64,000 nt of DNA from an uncultured Verrucomicrobiae bacterium (GTDB taxonomy: Bacteria > Verrucomicrobiota > Verrucomicrobiia > Limisphaerales > Palsa-1400). The translations under genes were made by a program, and so were the position numbers. Position 1 is the first letter of the stretch. The number at the start of each line of letters is the position of its first letter. The DNA lies in the NCBI GenBank assembly GCA_963707025.1, contig CAVPOM010000005.1, positions 160,001 through 224,000 of the forward strand, in the 5' to 3' direction. The notes beneath the pieces are model-generated. The model was given only the letters and a program-made list of their open reading frames with translations. It did no database searches and had not been told where the DNA came from. Of the stretch, positions 21,345 through 34,602 are shown in pieces.

Positions 21345-21488
21345 GCGGACTGCGGATTGCGGATTGCGGATTTGGGGGAGCGCTGGGGGCGATTAAGCAA
21401 TGGGGCGGGGCAAGCCGGTTTTTCGCGCGCTTGCTCCGTTATCGGGAAGGTCTGAACCATCCGCAATCCGCAAACCGCAATCCGCAAT
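21345..21488. repeat. Inverted heptamer arrays (GCGGATT)n ... (AATCCGC)n
   Basis: About 4 units at 21345-21372 and about 4 complementary units at 21459-21488. Confidence 0.85.
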
Positions 21489-21494
21489 CGGGCT

Positions 21495-22729
<1,235 letters not shown>

Positions 22730-22738
22730 GGAAGGCGG

Positions 22739-24789
22739 CTATGCCGGCGTCGGGGCCAATTGCGGACGGGCGGCGGGAGGGGGTGCGGCGGGCGGTTCGG
22801 CGGCCGCCGCCAGATGGAAATGTTCCAGTTCCTCGCCCTTGCGCACCAGGCGGGCGCTGTTGAAAACCACCATCAGCGAGCCGGCGATGTGCAGAACGGC
22901 GGCCACGATCGGGCTGATGTAGCTCGAGCGCCGCCAGCGTCAGGCCGCCGATGATGAACAGGACGCCGAACAGGAAATTCTGGTTGATGACCGCGCGGGT
23001 GCTGCGGGAGAGCTTCACCAGGAACGGCAGCCGGCGCAGGTCGTTGTTCATCAGCGCAATGGTCGCGCTGTGAATGGCCACTTCGCTGCCCGCCGCGCCC
23101 ATGGCGATGCCGATGTCGCCGGCCGCCAGCGCCGGGCGCGTCGTTCACGCCGTCGCCCGACCACCGCCACCCGGTAGCCCTTGGCTTTGACTGGCGCGCA
23201 CAAACTCGACCTTGTTCTGCGGCAGGCATTCGCCCTCGGCCTCTTCGCAGCCGATCTCGCGCGGCCACCCGCGTGGCCACCGGCTGGCGGTCGCCGGAAA
23301 CCATCGCCACGCGGCGCACGCCGCTGGTCTTCAATTCGGCCAGCGCTTCGCGCGCCTCGGCGCGGGTCTGGTCCTGCAAACCCACCCAGCCGATGCACTG
23401 GCCATTGCGCGCGACAAAAATCAGGCTCCAGCCTTCGGTTTCATTCAGGTCCACCGATTTCAGAAAATCCTGCGTCACGCCGTTGTCCTTGAGCCATTGC
23501 GCGCGGCCCACCAGGACTTTCGCCCCGTCAATTTGCGCCTTGACGCCGCGCCCGGCGGTTTCGGAAAAATCCTTCGGCTCGAGCCAGCGGCACGCCGGCT
23601 TCGCCGGCCAGTTGCGCCAGCGCCTTGGCGGTCGGATGGTTGCTGTATTTCTCCGCCGAGGCCGCCAGGCGCAGCAATTCGGCGGGCTTGGTGCCGGCCA
23701 GCGGGGCCAGGCGGCTGACGGCCAGCTGGCCGGTGGTGAGCGTGCCGGTTTTGTCAAAGACAAACGCGTTGATCTTGGCCGCCAGTTCGATGTCGGCCAC
23801 GTTCTTGATCAGAATGCCCAGGCGCGCGGCGGCGGAGAGCGCGGCGACCATCGCGCGTCGGCGTGGCCAGGATGAAGGCGCACGGGCAGGAGACGATGAA
23901 GACGGCGATGACGCGGTTCAAGTCGTGGGTGAACGCCCAGACCAGCGCGCCGATGACCAGCACCAGCGGCGTGTAAAAGCCCATGTATTGGTCCACGATT
24001 TTCATGATGGGCAGCTTGGTCTTTTCCGCCGCCAGAATCAGTTCGCGCACGCGGCCCAGCGTCGTGTCCTGCGCCGGCGCGGCTGACCTTGATCTCCAGC
24101 ACGCCGGTCAGGTTCTGCGTGCCGGCAAAAACTTCGTCGCCCGGCTTTCTTGTCCGCCGGCAACGATTCGCCGGTGATGGTCGCCTGGTTGAACGAACCC
24201 TGGCCGCTGACGATGACGCCGTCCGCCGCCACGTTGTCGCCGGGCCGGATGCGGATCACGTCGCCGACGCCGAGGAGTTTTGTGGCGCACTTCCTCCTCG
24301 CCTTGTGGGGTGATGCGGCGGGCTTTGGTGGGCGTGAGCTTGATGAGCGATTCGATGGAAGCGCGCGCGCCTTCGGCGGTGCGCGTTTCGATGATCTCGC
24401 CCAGCGAGCATGAAGAAGGCGACCACGCCGGCTTCTTGATAATGGCCCGAACCAAAGGAGATGGGGACCGCCAGCGCGACCAGTTCATTGATGGTGAGAA
24501 GGCCGCCGCGCAAATCCACAAAGGCGGTCAGCAAAATGGGATAGCCCAGGATGATGGCTCCGATCATGGCGCTGGCCGCCGACACCGGGTCCGCGGCGCC
24601 CTGGAAAAACCCCGACATCCAGTGTACCGCAAAAGAGTTGATCACGAAAAGCAGGCCAACGAGCGTCTGCGCCAGGGGCAGCATGGCATGGCTGTGCTCC
24701 TGCTCGTGATCGTGGCCGCAATCAGCGCAGGAAGGGTCATGGTCATGGTGCTCATGTTCATGCCGGCTCAACAATGATGTAACTTGCAT
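22739..24789 (-). CDS. P1B-type heavy-metal translocating ATPase (multiple frameshifts)
   Basis: His-rich N-terminus, [27 protein letters not shown]. Confidence 0.9.
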
Positions 24790-24865
24790 AAGTTAATGGT
24801 AGCTCAAAATCGGAGGATTCCCAGCAAGAGAAAGGATGGCGGCGTCCGCCCGGTTGGTTTTTCGC

Positions 24866-25972
24866 TCATGGGCTGGGTGGTTGATTGGTCGAGCCGGTCA
24901 AGGCCGGCGGCTGCTCGCCCAAGTGATAGCGCATGGAACTGTTGGTCAGATCGGGCAGAACGTCAGTGGATTGGGCATTAGCCCAAACTCGCTTGAAGGT
25001 TTCCGCCTGGAGCAGGCTGGTCACCAGCGCCGGATTGCGCTGGTAATCACCCAGAAACCGCGAGAAATTGGTCTGTTCGACCTTAACCAGCCCCACCATG
25101 CGGGCCGTGTCGGCGGCGGCGGTGTTGGTGCGCGAGATCTTTTGGCCGTTGGCGTTGCCCAGGGTCTGGCTTCGGTAACTTTCCGCCGCGCTCAGCGTGG
25201 TGTCGCGCTCCGTGCGGGCCTGGTCAACTTTGTAGAAATCAGTCCACAACGCCACCGGAGGGGAGGCCTGGGGATACACGCTTTCCACGGTAATGCCTAA
25301 ATCCTGCCCGGCCACCAGTTCGCGCATGCGCGCCTCCACCGCCTCTCTGAATTCAGTGGGTCGCACCGAGAGAATGTCGTCCACCGTGAAACGGCTGGCG
25401 GCGAACAGGAGCGCATTGTTCAGGTCGTTGGTGACAAAACTGGCTGCGTCGGCAAAGTCAAAATAGAAGGTGACCGGTTGGGTAATCCGGTAGGTGACCG
25501 AGGCGATGAGGTGGATGATGTTGGTATCGGCCGTCAGCACGTAGCTGACGCTGGAGGCGGGGTCCAGCTTTTGCATGGGCTGAGGCGGCGGCGCATTCTT
25601 GACATACTCCTCGATGGATTGGTACCAGCCCACGCTGGAATAGGCGCGCTGCAGCGAGCTGAAGGGAATGTTGGTCACCTCGTCTATCGGCCTGGGAAAG
25701 GCCAAATGGGCTCCCGGTCCAAGCAAGACCCCCTCCCCCTGGCCCACCGGCCTGCCCATGCGCAGGATGATCGCCTTGTTCTGCTCCTTCACGGTAAAGA
25801 AGCCGGAGCCAAAGAACATCACCACCAGCAGGACCATGATGATCTGGATAATGAAAAAGCTGCTGCGCAAGGCCTCCGACAGCGCCTGCGTCCCCGGATC
25901 ATCGGCGCCCGGCGGCTCCGGCGCGGGCGGGCCGGGCGGCGGCGGCAAGGGCTTGGATTCCTGGTCACTCAT
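24866..25972 (-). CDS. SPFH domain protein, HflK-like
   Basis: TM followed by GFFTVK...PGAHLAFPRPIDEV, LTADTNIIH, coiled-coil tail. Confidence 0.85.
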   Translation of the reverse strand: MSDQESKPLPPPPGPPAPEPPGADDPGTQALSEALRSSFFIIQIIMVLLVVMFFGSGFFTVKEQNKAIILRMGRPVGQGEGVLLGPGAHLAFPRPIDEVTNIPFSSLQRAYSSVGWYQSIEEYVKNAPPPQPMQKLDPASSVSYVLTADTNIIHLIASVTYRITQPVTFYFDFADAASFVTNDLNNALLFAASRFTVDDILSVRPTEFREAVEARMRELVAGQDLGITVESVYPQASPPVALWTDFYKVDQARTERDTTLSAAESYRSQTLGNANGQKISRTNTAAADTARMVGLVKVEQTNFSRFLGDYQRNPALVTSLLQAETFKRVWANAQSTDVLPDLTNSSMRYHLGEQPPALTGSTNQPPSP

Positions 25973-25985
25973 CTGTCAATACTAT

Positions 25986-26945
25986 TTAATGAGGTGGTGG
26001 CGGTTCCAGCTCCGGCGCGGCGGCATTGGTGACGGCGGCGGCCGGCTTGGCTTGCAGCAATTCCAGGCCGGTGGTGTTGTGGTCCAGAATCCAGGTGGTC
26101 TTGTCCTTGCTCAACTCCTCCAGCATGTCCAGGTCCATGAGGAACTTGGCGAACTGGGGGTTTTGGGCCATCACCTGCAGAGATTCGACCATGGCCTGCT
26201 GGCCCTCGCCGCGCAGGTCTTTGGCCCGGGCATCCGCCTCCGACAGGAGTTTGGCGGCCGCGCTGTCCGCGACGCCCCGAATCCCGATGGACTGCCCGTC
26301 GGCGTCGGCCTTGATGGCGTCGGCCAGCTTGTTGCGCTCAGCCTTCATGCGGTCGAACACGGTCTGGGAGACGCTGGCGGGCAGTTCGATGCTTTTAATT
26401 TGCACGAATTTAATTTCGATGCCGTATTTGCCGGCGGCGGCCCTTTGGCGGACATCATCGAGGATTTCCTTTTCGATCTGGGTGAATTTCATCTGGCTGG
26501 GATCGGCGGAAAGGAAATCGGAAAAAACGTGCCGGCTTGCCACCTCCAATTTGGCCGAGCGCACAATCCCCTGCAAATTGGTCTCGGCCTGGATCAGGGA
26601 GCCATTCTCAAAATTTTGGAAAAACCTGGCGGGGTCGGAGATGCGCCAGCCGACGTAGGTGAGCAACAAAATGATGTTTTGATCGGGCAGTGTGACCGGC
26701 TCCAACTTGTCTTCCGCCTCCATGTCCAGGCTATGCACGCGCTGATCCAGCTTATAGACCCGCTCGATGGGCCAGGGCCATTGCAGATGGGGACCCGGGT
26801 TGGTCCGCGTGTTGTCCGATTCCATCTTGTCGAAGAGGGTGACGACGGCGACCTCGGATTGGCGCACCTGGAAGACAAAGAGCATGAGGCCGAAAATGGC
26901 GATGAGCAGGAGGGCGACGAGGATGGTCAGGGGGCTTCGTTTCAT
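25986..26945 (-). CDS. SPFH domain protein, HflC-like
   Basis: FQVRQSEVAVVT, WPWPIE, VFDRMKAER. Confidence 0.88.
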   Translation of the reverse strand: MKRSPLTILVALLLIAIFGLMLFVFQVRQSEVAVVTLFDKMESDNTRTNPGPHLQWPWPIERVYKLDQRVHSLDMEAEDKLEPVTLPDQNIILLLTYVGWRISDPARFFQNFENGSLIQAETNLQGIVRSAKLEVASRHVFSDFLSADPSQMKFTQIEKEILDDVRQRAAAGKYGIEIKFVQIKSIELPASVSQTVFDRMKAERNKLADAIKADADGQSIGIRGVADSAAAKLLSEADARAKDLRGEGQQAMVESLQVMAQNPQFAKFLMDLDMLEELSKDKTTWILDHNTTGLELLQAKPAAAVTNAAAPELEPPPPH

Positions 26946-26946
26946 G

Positions 26947-28846
26947 TTACTTGTTTTCTTTGGGAATGATCAGGGCGCTTCCCAAATCGCGTATTTTGGG
27001 TTCTTCATTGAACTCGAAGATCTGCCGGGTGTTGCCGGTGGCGTTGATGATTTTCCTTTGGGCGTCATGGGTGGATTTGGCCAGCACGTCCAAATAGGCC
27101 CGGTGCTCATAGACCCCATCCAGGCCGGGGGCGGCGGCGTAGGCCAGGGACTGTTTGGCAAACAGACTGGCGCGCGCCACCGCATTGGTGGTGGCGCTGA
27201 ACTTATCGGCTTCCGCCATGAACACCCGGTTGCTGGCGGCGCCGCGCGCCAGGGCGTTGGTCATGATGGCGTGGGCCTGCGCGTCCAGAATTTTGGCTTC
27301 CCGGTTTTCCCGTTCCCCGACCACCTTTTCATATTCCCCGGCCACCTTGACCGGGGGATGAATATCCTCCAAACCGACAAAGATAATATTCACGCCCAAC
27401 TCCAGCTCGTTGCTCTGCTCCTGGACGAGTTGCCGCAACGTATCGGCCGCCTCGCCCCGTCCGGCTGACATCAGGCTGGCCATTTCCGCCCCCGCCAGAT
27501 AACGGGCCACCACCCGGCGGGAGAGCCTCTCCAGCAGGGCGGTGGGATCCTCATTCTGATAGGCCCAATTGGTCAGGTTGGTGATTTGAAATTGCACCGG
27601 AATGCTCACCGAGAGCAAGCTGACCGGCGGGGTGGGATGCCCGCCCGGTTGATTGGTGGTTGCCCCCGGATTATTCGTGTCGCCCGCCAATTCACGACCC
27701 CGGTTGGCCACCAGGAAATTATCTTCCTTGGCGTGGGGAACCGTCCATTGAATGGTTTTGAGGCTTTCCGGCTCCGCCCCCACCACAAAGCTCTGAATCT
27801 GTTCGGTGCGAGTGCGATAGACCCGATCAATGGGCCAGGGCAGCTTGAAGTGCAATCCCGGCCCGATCACTCCGCGTCCCGCCACCGGCCGGCCCCCGCG
27901 CTCCAGCAGCGCCTGCCAGCCGGGCGGAATCACTGCAATGCAGGAGGAAAGCACCAAAAGGCCGAGCTGCGCCAGCACCAGCCAGGCGAACGCCTTTTCC
28001 AGAAAACGATAGAACCAGGTCTCGGAAACCTTGAAGCCGAATTGGTAATCCAAGGCGTGCGCCGCGGTGGTGATGAGGGCTTCGGGCTGGCCCAACAAAC
28101 CGACCAGCCGGCTGTCGTAGAGCAGGCGCACATCCTTGCCTTTCAGGCGCACCCGGTAGATCTCCAGCACCAATCCCACCAGGGTTTCCAAAGTGATCAA
28201 GCCGACCACGACGCACAAAGCGCGGCCCACAAAAAAATCCGCCTTCGAGAAATTGAAATAGACGGCCGCCATGGTGGCCGCCGCCGTCCAACACGCATAG
28301 GCGCTCAAGAGCAAATAGGCCGCGCCCGGCCGCAGCAATCGCTGCTTTTGCAGGCGGGCCAGCCCGCTGGAATACTTGCCCAAAATAAAGAGAATCAGCC
28401 CGAGCAAGCCGAACAAGGCCAGGGCCAGCGGCGCGCGCCCCGGATCAACCCCGGAAACCGGGCTGGCGTAGCGCCAGGGAAAATAGGCCGACGCCAACTG
28501 TCCGAAAAACAACAAGCCCGTCAGCGCCGGAATGAAATACTTCTCGAATTGCTCGCGGGAACGCCGCGCCGGAAAAGTGTCCTCCCCAGCCGTGGCAAAA
28601 AGGGAGGCGCCGCCCCGGCTCTTGCTCAACTCGTCCAACTCCAGTCTCTCCAACTGTTCCCGCCCCTCCAGGCTCATCTGGCAATAGCTCAAAAGCGCCA
28701 CCCCCAGGCCCAGGCCGCCCAGGATCCCCTCCCATCAGCCCGGCCAACGAGTTGACCGAGCGGGCAATGAGCAACATCCCCGCCGTGCCGGCCAGCAGTG
28801 CCATCCAATTGATCAATCCTGTTCTTTTAACGTTTCGCTCCATCAA
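26947..28846 (-). CDS. Multi-TM SPFH/HflK-like protein (frameshift near 28725)
   Basis: Several N-terminal TMs, then PGLHFKLPWPID and IHPPVKVAGEYEKVV; 5' part in ORF 28445-28846. Confidence 0.85.
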
Positions 28847-28851
28847 TTACC

Positions 28852-29813
28852 TCAACTCAATTCCCGGTCCTCAAACAGCACCAGGGCCAGCGCCAGCACC
28901 GCCCCAACATATCCCACCGTGTAACCCAGCGCCTTGCCCAGGTAATCCGCCGGGATCGGCCCCTGGCCTTCCAGCAGGTCCGACACCCAGAACAATTGCC
29001 AATTGGGTGTCACGGTGTAAAGCACCGAGGCCCAAAGGTTCCCTCCTTCAGCGCGCGTTCCCCAGAAATAATCCGACACCAAACCCAATAAAAAGAAAGC
29101 CGAACAAACGCTCAACGTCGGAATCACCTCCAGCCGCGTCGAGCAGGCCAGGGCCAGCGCCGCCAAGATCAGCAGGGCCATCAAGATCAGCGCCGAGGCC
29201 GGCACCACCCGCCAATCCAGGCCCAGAAACTCATTCGGCGCCCGTTGCGCCGCCCGCGGAATGAATTGCAGCACGATAAACGCCACCGTCACCATCAACG
29301 CCACCGCCAGCACCGCGTCCGACACAAAGGGCCGGCGCATGAAATAATTGGTCAACCCCCCAATGGCGTAGGCCGCCGCCACCGCTCCGCAAAAAATCAG
29401 CAGCCCGGGAATGTCGGCGTCCCCGTACGCGTCAAACGTCATCCGCGTCGCCAGCAGCGCCGCCACGCAATTGACATAAGTCAGCACCACCAGCGACAGG
29501 GCCAGCCCGGCATATTTGGCCAGCAGGAATTGCGAGCGGCTGACCGGCTTGGCCAACACGGCCAGGGCCGTCCCGCTGCGAATCTCCCGCGCCACCGAAG
29601 CCGACGCGCTCATCACCGCGCTGAACAGCCCGGCCACCAGCATCACCGCCAGCACGCTGATCTTGACCATTTTGGCTCGTCCCCAAAACCGAAGTAACTC
29701 ACACACGACAGGCCCACCTCGAACAACGCCGACGTTGTCATGAGCAGCAGGAAAATCGGCTGCCGGATCAATTCCATGAAGGCATTGGCGGCTATGGCGA
29801 TAAATTGTCGCAT
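28852..29813 (-). CDS. ABC-2-type transporter permease (frameshift at an A-run near 29672)
   Basis: MRQFIAIAANAFMELIRQP... joins EIRSGTALAVLAKPVSRSQFLLAKY...FEDRELS. Confidence 0.85.
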
Positions 29814-30119
29814 CTCGGCAATAGTTCAATGCGTTTATTCTCGTGTCATCCCGCCACAAATTACAAACCCAGCCTTTAATTGCAACGGCTTATTTTGGCC
29901 AGGCCGGCCCTGGCAGGGCGGCCACTCCCCCGCCCGCCGCGGCGCGCGCCCAACGCGCGACCGGCCGTCCCGCACTGAACGGTCACGGTAGTCAACCCGC
30001 GTCCATCCGCGGTTCCCCATGGTGCCCTGAGCTTGATGGCGCCGCGCGAGAGAGATTGCCGGGAAACCGCAATTTGTCCTTGACATACATCTAACCATGA
30101 TGTATTACATGAATCCATT

Positions 30120-30882
30120 ATGAAATCGTCCATCTCTTGTTTCCGGCATTGGATCAAGCCCGGGCTTTCTGCCGGGCGCTCTTCTCGTTCTGCTCAGCGG
30201 CTGCGCCTCCGGCCCGCCGCAGCCTGAAATCACCCACCAGCGCGGCTGGATCGGCGGCGAATATCAACTGGCCCGGCCCGAGCGCTTCTGGCATTCGTCG
30301 GAGACGGTCAACGCCTTTCCCAAATCGCTCCAACCCGCGCACCAGGCCGGCCTCCTCGTCACCGCCCTGGCCACCAACACCCCGGCCCGGCTGGCCGGGC
30401 TGCGCGAAGGTGATTTGATTTTGGAAGTCAATCATCAGCCGGCGACCGATTTGAGCCATTTCCGCCGCACCATTGATCAAACCGCACCGGGGACGTTGCT
30501 GCCGGTGCAGGCCTGGCGTGACGGACAAACCGTGGAGTTCAATGTGCCGGTGGGCCGGGAAACCTTCCGACACCTGGGCACCCTTGGCCTCTGGGTGGGC
30601 TGGGAAGGCCTTGATTTGAGCTTCAACCCCGGCTTTTCCCTCATCGTGCTCGGGTACGATTCGTCCAGCGAGGACCGCACGGAACTTGGCTCCGTCAAAT
30701 CCACTTATCTGCGCAATTGCCACTCCGGCAAATACGAGCCAACCGACGACGACTGGGCCGCTTGGCTGGCCATTCTGCGGCTCTCCAAAGCAAAAACGAT
30801 TCTGACCCAGGAGACCGTGCTGCCGCCCGCCCCGGCGCCGCCCCCCGCCGCGCCGCCCTCAGCCGTCGCGCTCGGTCCTTAA
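30120..30882 (+). CDS. PDZ-domain lipoprotein (5' frameshift)
   Basis: LLVLLSGC lipobox; TPARLAGLREGDLILEVN PDZ motif in frame with ORF 30415-30882. Confidence 0.75.
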
Positions 30883-30887
30883 AGGTC

Positions 30888-32021
30888 TCAGCCTGACGCA
30901 CCGCCCTGGCGCGCCTGGACGAGCGCGCGAAAGCGGTGGCCGAGGTGCTCGGGATGGGTCAGGGTTTGAAATTGCCGAACCCGCGCGGGGGTCCATTCCT
31001 CAAAACCCGCCCCGTCCGCCAGGCTGCGCTGAAAGATTTCCGTCAGGAATTTGGCTTGCCGGACCACGCCCTCCGTGCGCAATCCGGCCGCCTCCCCCGC
31101 TTGCCGAAGGACAGAGAAATTGACGTGCGCGGTGATGTCCTGCTCGCCGGGGTTGGCCAGGATGTTCCCGGAAATTTGTTGCCCGGCGAAGGCGCGCAGG
31201 GTTCCGCGGGCGCGCCCGGGGTCGAGCCATTCCTCCCCGTCCAGCCCGTAGTCCAGCGTCAGGAGCTTGCCGCAATCCAGGCTGGCCGCGGCGCGCCTCC
31301 ACCATTGCGTGGCCGCCGGGGAAAGCTCGATGACAAATCCGTCGGGCAACACCGATTCCACTGCGGCGGGAAGGTCCGGCAGACAGGCCGCCGCTTCCCT
31401 TGACATCGGCCCCTTTTGCCAGACGAAGCCGTTCCCGCCGCAATTCACCCGCCATTCCAGCCACTTTTTCCCGGCGGTGTCCCGGCACAAACGATGCACC
31501 GGCATGGCGTCGAGCAATTCGTTGGAAAAAATGACGCCGCGCACCCGGCGCGCACCCGGTTGGCCAAAGTCGCCCGCCCATTGCACGTTGGCGAATTCGT
31601 TCCCCAGTTTTTCCTCCTGCCAGGCGCGGCGGACGGGCGACGGCTCGATCAGCCGGTATTCCAGGCGCGCGAAAATATCCGGGCGGCGCCGGCGCAACCA
31701 GCGCAAAACATCCAGCGCCAGCCGGCCGTCGTGAGCGCCCGCTTCCACAATTTGCCATTGGGCGGGCGGGGGTGGCGGCGGGATTTTCTCCAGCCATCGG
31801 GCGAATTGCCACGCCAGCAATTGGCCAAAGACCGGGCCGACGCTGACGCTGGTGAAAAAATCGCCGCGCCGGCCAATTTCCCGCGGCCGTTCGTAATAAC
31901 CGCAACCCGGCGCATAGAGCGCCCATTCCATGAAGCGGGCGAACGAGACCGGCCCGCTCCGGGCGATCTCCTCCCGAAGGTCACAGCCGGGTGGCGGCAT
32001 TTCACTTTTCCGGGAGTCCAT
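30888..32021 (-). CDS. SAM-dependent methyltransferase, MidA/NDUFAF7 family
   Basis: FMEWALY...GDFFTS, EAGAHDG, SNELLDA, PGEQDITAHV. Confidence 0.92.
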   Translation of the reverse strand: MDSRKSEMPPPGCDLREEIARSGPVSFARFMEWALYAPGCGYYERPREIGRRGDFFTSVSVGPVFGQLLAWQFARWLEKIPPPPPPAQWQIVEAGAHDGRLALDVLRWLRRRRPDIFARLEYRLIEPSPVRRAWQEEKLGNEFANVQWAGDFGQPGARRVRGVIFSNELLDAMPVHRLCRDTAGKKWLEWRVNCGGNGFVWQKGPMSREAAACLPDLPAAVESVLPDGFVIELSPAATQWWRRAAASLDCGKLLTLDYGLDGEEWLDPGRARGTLRAFAGQQISGNILANPGEQDITAHVNFSVLRQAGEAAGLRTEGVVRQAKFLTEIFQRSLADGAGFEEWTPARVRQFQTLTHPEHLGHRFRALVQARQGGASG

Positions 32022-32206
32022 TCCTGCTCTGCATCGTAATCGCCATCCCAGTCTTAATCCATCTTTCTCAGCATCGCCGCGGTCGGGCCGGCGGAGGGCA
32101 AGCCGCCAGCCATTTTCCCGGCGGGCGAATTCGTCGGCTTTGGCTTGCAGTTTCCAGGCGATTTGGTAAAAGGTCTCCAGCCGGTTGGAAACCTGAAGAA
32201 ACCTAT

Positions 32207-33301
32207 ATGGCCCAAATTGACGCGTTATTCAATTTAATGTTCAGCGAGAAAGCCTCGGACTTGCACCTGTCGTCCGGCAACCCGCCCATCCTGCGCATCA
32301 ACGGCGAACTGACGCGGGTGGATTCCCCCCCGCTGCAGGACGAGCAGCTCAAGGTCATGCTCTACGAAATCGCCCCGGAGTACAAAATCAAAACCTTCGA
32401 GGAAACCGGCGACGTTGATTTTGGCTACGAAATCAGCGGCGTCTCCCGTTTTCGCGCCAACTTTTTCACCCAGAAAAACGGCATCGCCGCCGTCTTCCGC
32501 CAGATCCCCACCACGGTGCTCTCGTTCGAGGACTTTGAAAAAGTGGGGGCGCCCTTCCCGCCTGTCTTGAAAAAGTTCGCCATGCTGCACAAGGGGCTGG
32601 TGGTCGTCACCGGTCCGACCGGCTCGGGCAAATCCACCACCCTGGCCGCCATCGTGGATTACGCCAACAAAAACCGCCGCGATCATATCATCACCGTCGA
32701 GGACCCCATCGAATTTGTCCACAGCAGCATTAGCTGCCTGATCAACCACCGCGAAGTCGGCGTCCACACCAAGTCCTTCGCCACCGCCCTGCGCGGGGCC
32801 TTGCGCGAGGACCCGGACATCATCCTGGTGGGGGAATTGCGCGACCTGGAAACCATTGAACTGGCCCTGACCGCCGCCAGCACCGGCCACCTGGTCTTCA
32901 GCACCTTGCACACCCAAAGCGCGGCCAAGACGGTGGACCGGATCATTGACGTCTTTCCCGCTGAACAGCAGAACAAAATCCGCGCCACCCTTTCCGAATC
33001 GCTCAAAGGGGTCATCGCCCAGAACCTGTTCAAGCGCGTGGACAAAAAGGGCCGGGTCGCCGCCCTGGAGATCCTGGTCTTCAACACCGCCGTGGCCAAC
33101 ATGGTGCGCGAAGGCAAGACCCACCAGATCCCAGGCATGATCCAGGTCGGCAAGAAATACGGCAACACGCCCCTGGACGATTCCATCATGGACCATCTGA
33201 AAATGAAGCGCATTTCCCCGGAGGAAGCTTACGAAAAATGCCTCGACCGGAAAAAATTCCGCGCCTTTCTGACCAATCCGCCGGACGAGGACGAGATGTA
33301 A
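32207..33301 (+). CDS. pilT: Type IV pilus retraction ATPase PilT
   Basis: ASDLHLS, GPTGSGKST, EDPIE, LREDPDIILVGELRD, TGHLVFSTLHT. Confidence 0.92.
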   Translation: MAQIDALFNLMFSEKASDLHLSSGNPPILRINGELTRVDSPPLQDEQLKVMLYEIAPEYKIKTFEETGDVDFGYEISGVSRFRANFFTQKNGIAAVFRQIPTTVLSFEDFEKVGAPFPPVLKKFAMLHKGLVVVTGPTGSGKSTTLAAIVDYANKNRRDHIITVEDPIEFVHSSISCLINHREVGVHTKSFATALRGALREDPDIILVGELRDLETIELALTAASTGHLVFSTLHTQSAAKTVDRIIDVFPAEQQNKIRATLSESLKGVIAQNLFKRVDKKGRVAALEILVFNTAVANMVREGKTHQIPGMIQVGKKYGNTPLDDSIMDHLKMKRISPEEAYEKCLDRKKFRAFLTNPPDEDEM

Positions 33302-33363
33302 CCGGGCGCAAGGCCCGCAGAGAGTTTGCCTTTTCAACCTTTTTGGCTTTAATTGACCTGAAT

Positions 33364-34593
33364 ATGCGCCGCAGCGAACTGGATTACATATTGGCGATGA
33401 TGCTCGGGCTGGACCGGCAGACCGAAACGGTCATCCGCCGCCGCCGGGATGTGTCGGACCTGAACTTCACGGTGGACAAGCCCTTGCAAATCGAGCAGTC
33501 CGGCGAATTGATCCCGGTCAGCTTTTATCCCCCCATCGAGAAATTGACGCCCTATCAAACGGAAATGATCGCCTTGAATTTGATCAACGGCAACCCGCGC
33601 CTGACCGAGGATTTGATCCGCAGCGGCTCCTGTGACTCCGCCTACAGCCTGGGCAACGAGGCGCGTTTCCGCGTCAACATCTTCTCCCAGCGCGGCAAGT
33701 TCTCCATCGCCCTGCGCAAGCTCAACACCACCATCCCCACCCTGGAGCAGCTCAAAATGCCGGCCCTGTTTACCGACGTGGCCAAGGAAAAAACCGGCCT
33801 GATCCTGGTGACCGGCGCGACCGGCTCGGGCAAATCCACCACCCTGGCGGCGCTGCTCAACGAAATCAACGAAACCAAATCCATCCACGTCATCACCCTG
33901 GAAGACCCGGTGGAATTTGTTCATCCCCAGAAAAAATCCACCTTCAACCAGCGCGAAATGGGCAGCGATTTCAGCACCTTTGCCACCGGCCTGCGCGCCG
34001 CCCTGCGCCAGGCTCCCAAGGTCGTCCTGGTCGGCGAAATGCGCGACCGCGAAACGGTGGAAATCGGCCTCAGCGCGGCCGAAACCGGCCACCTGGTCAT
34101 GAGCACCCTCCACACCATTGACGCCGGCCAGACCATCAACCGCGTGCTCGGCATGTTCGAGACCGAGGAGCAGGAGCAGGTCCGCGTCCGCCTCTCCGAC
34201 ATTTTGCGCTGGATCATCAGCCAGCGTCTGGCTCCCAAAATCGGCGGCGGCCGCTTCGCCCTGGTCGAAATCATGGGGGCCAACCTGCGCACCAAGGACA
34301 CCATCATTCACGGCGAAAGCGAGGGCAAGAGCTTCTACGAAATCATCGAAGCCAGCCACACCTTCGGCTGGCGCAATTTTGACCAGGCCTGCCTGGAAGC
34401 CTACGAACAAAACATCATCTCCGAGGAAAGCGCCCTTCTTTACTGCACCAAACGCGGCGTCGTCTCCCGCAACATTGACAAGATCAAGAAAGCCCGCGGC
34501 GAATCCGGCAGCCTGTCCGACCTGCAAATGCGGCGCGAGTCGTCCACCGCGCACAAAGCCGCCGGCCCGCCCCCCCCACCACGTTCAAATTAA
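33364..34593 (+). CDS. Second PilT/PilU-family ATPase
   Basis: GATGSGKST, LRQAPKVVLVGEMRD, TGHLVMSTLHT. Confidence 0.9.
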   Translation: MRRSELDYILAMMLGLDRQTETVIRRRRDVSDLNFTVDKPLQIEQSGELIPVSFYPPIEKLTPYQTEMIALNLINGNPRLTEDLIRSGSCDSAYSLGNEARFRVNIFSQRGKFSIALRKLNTTIPTLEQLKMPALFTDVAKEKTGLILVTGATGSGKSTTLAALLNEINETKSIHVITLEDPVEFVHPQKKSTFNQREMGSDFSTFATGLRAALRQAPKVVLVGEMRDRETVEIGLSAAETGHLVMSTLHTIDAGQTINRVLGMFETEEQEQVRVRLSDILRWIISQRLAPKIGGGRFALVEIMGANLRTKDTIIHGESEGKSFYEIIEASHTFGWRNFDQACLEAYEQNIISEESALLYCTKRGVVSRNIDKIKKARGESGSLSDLQMRRESSTAHKAAGPPPPPRSN

Positions 34594-34602
34594 AGACCTG
34601 AC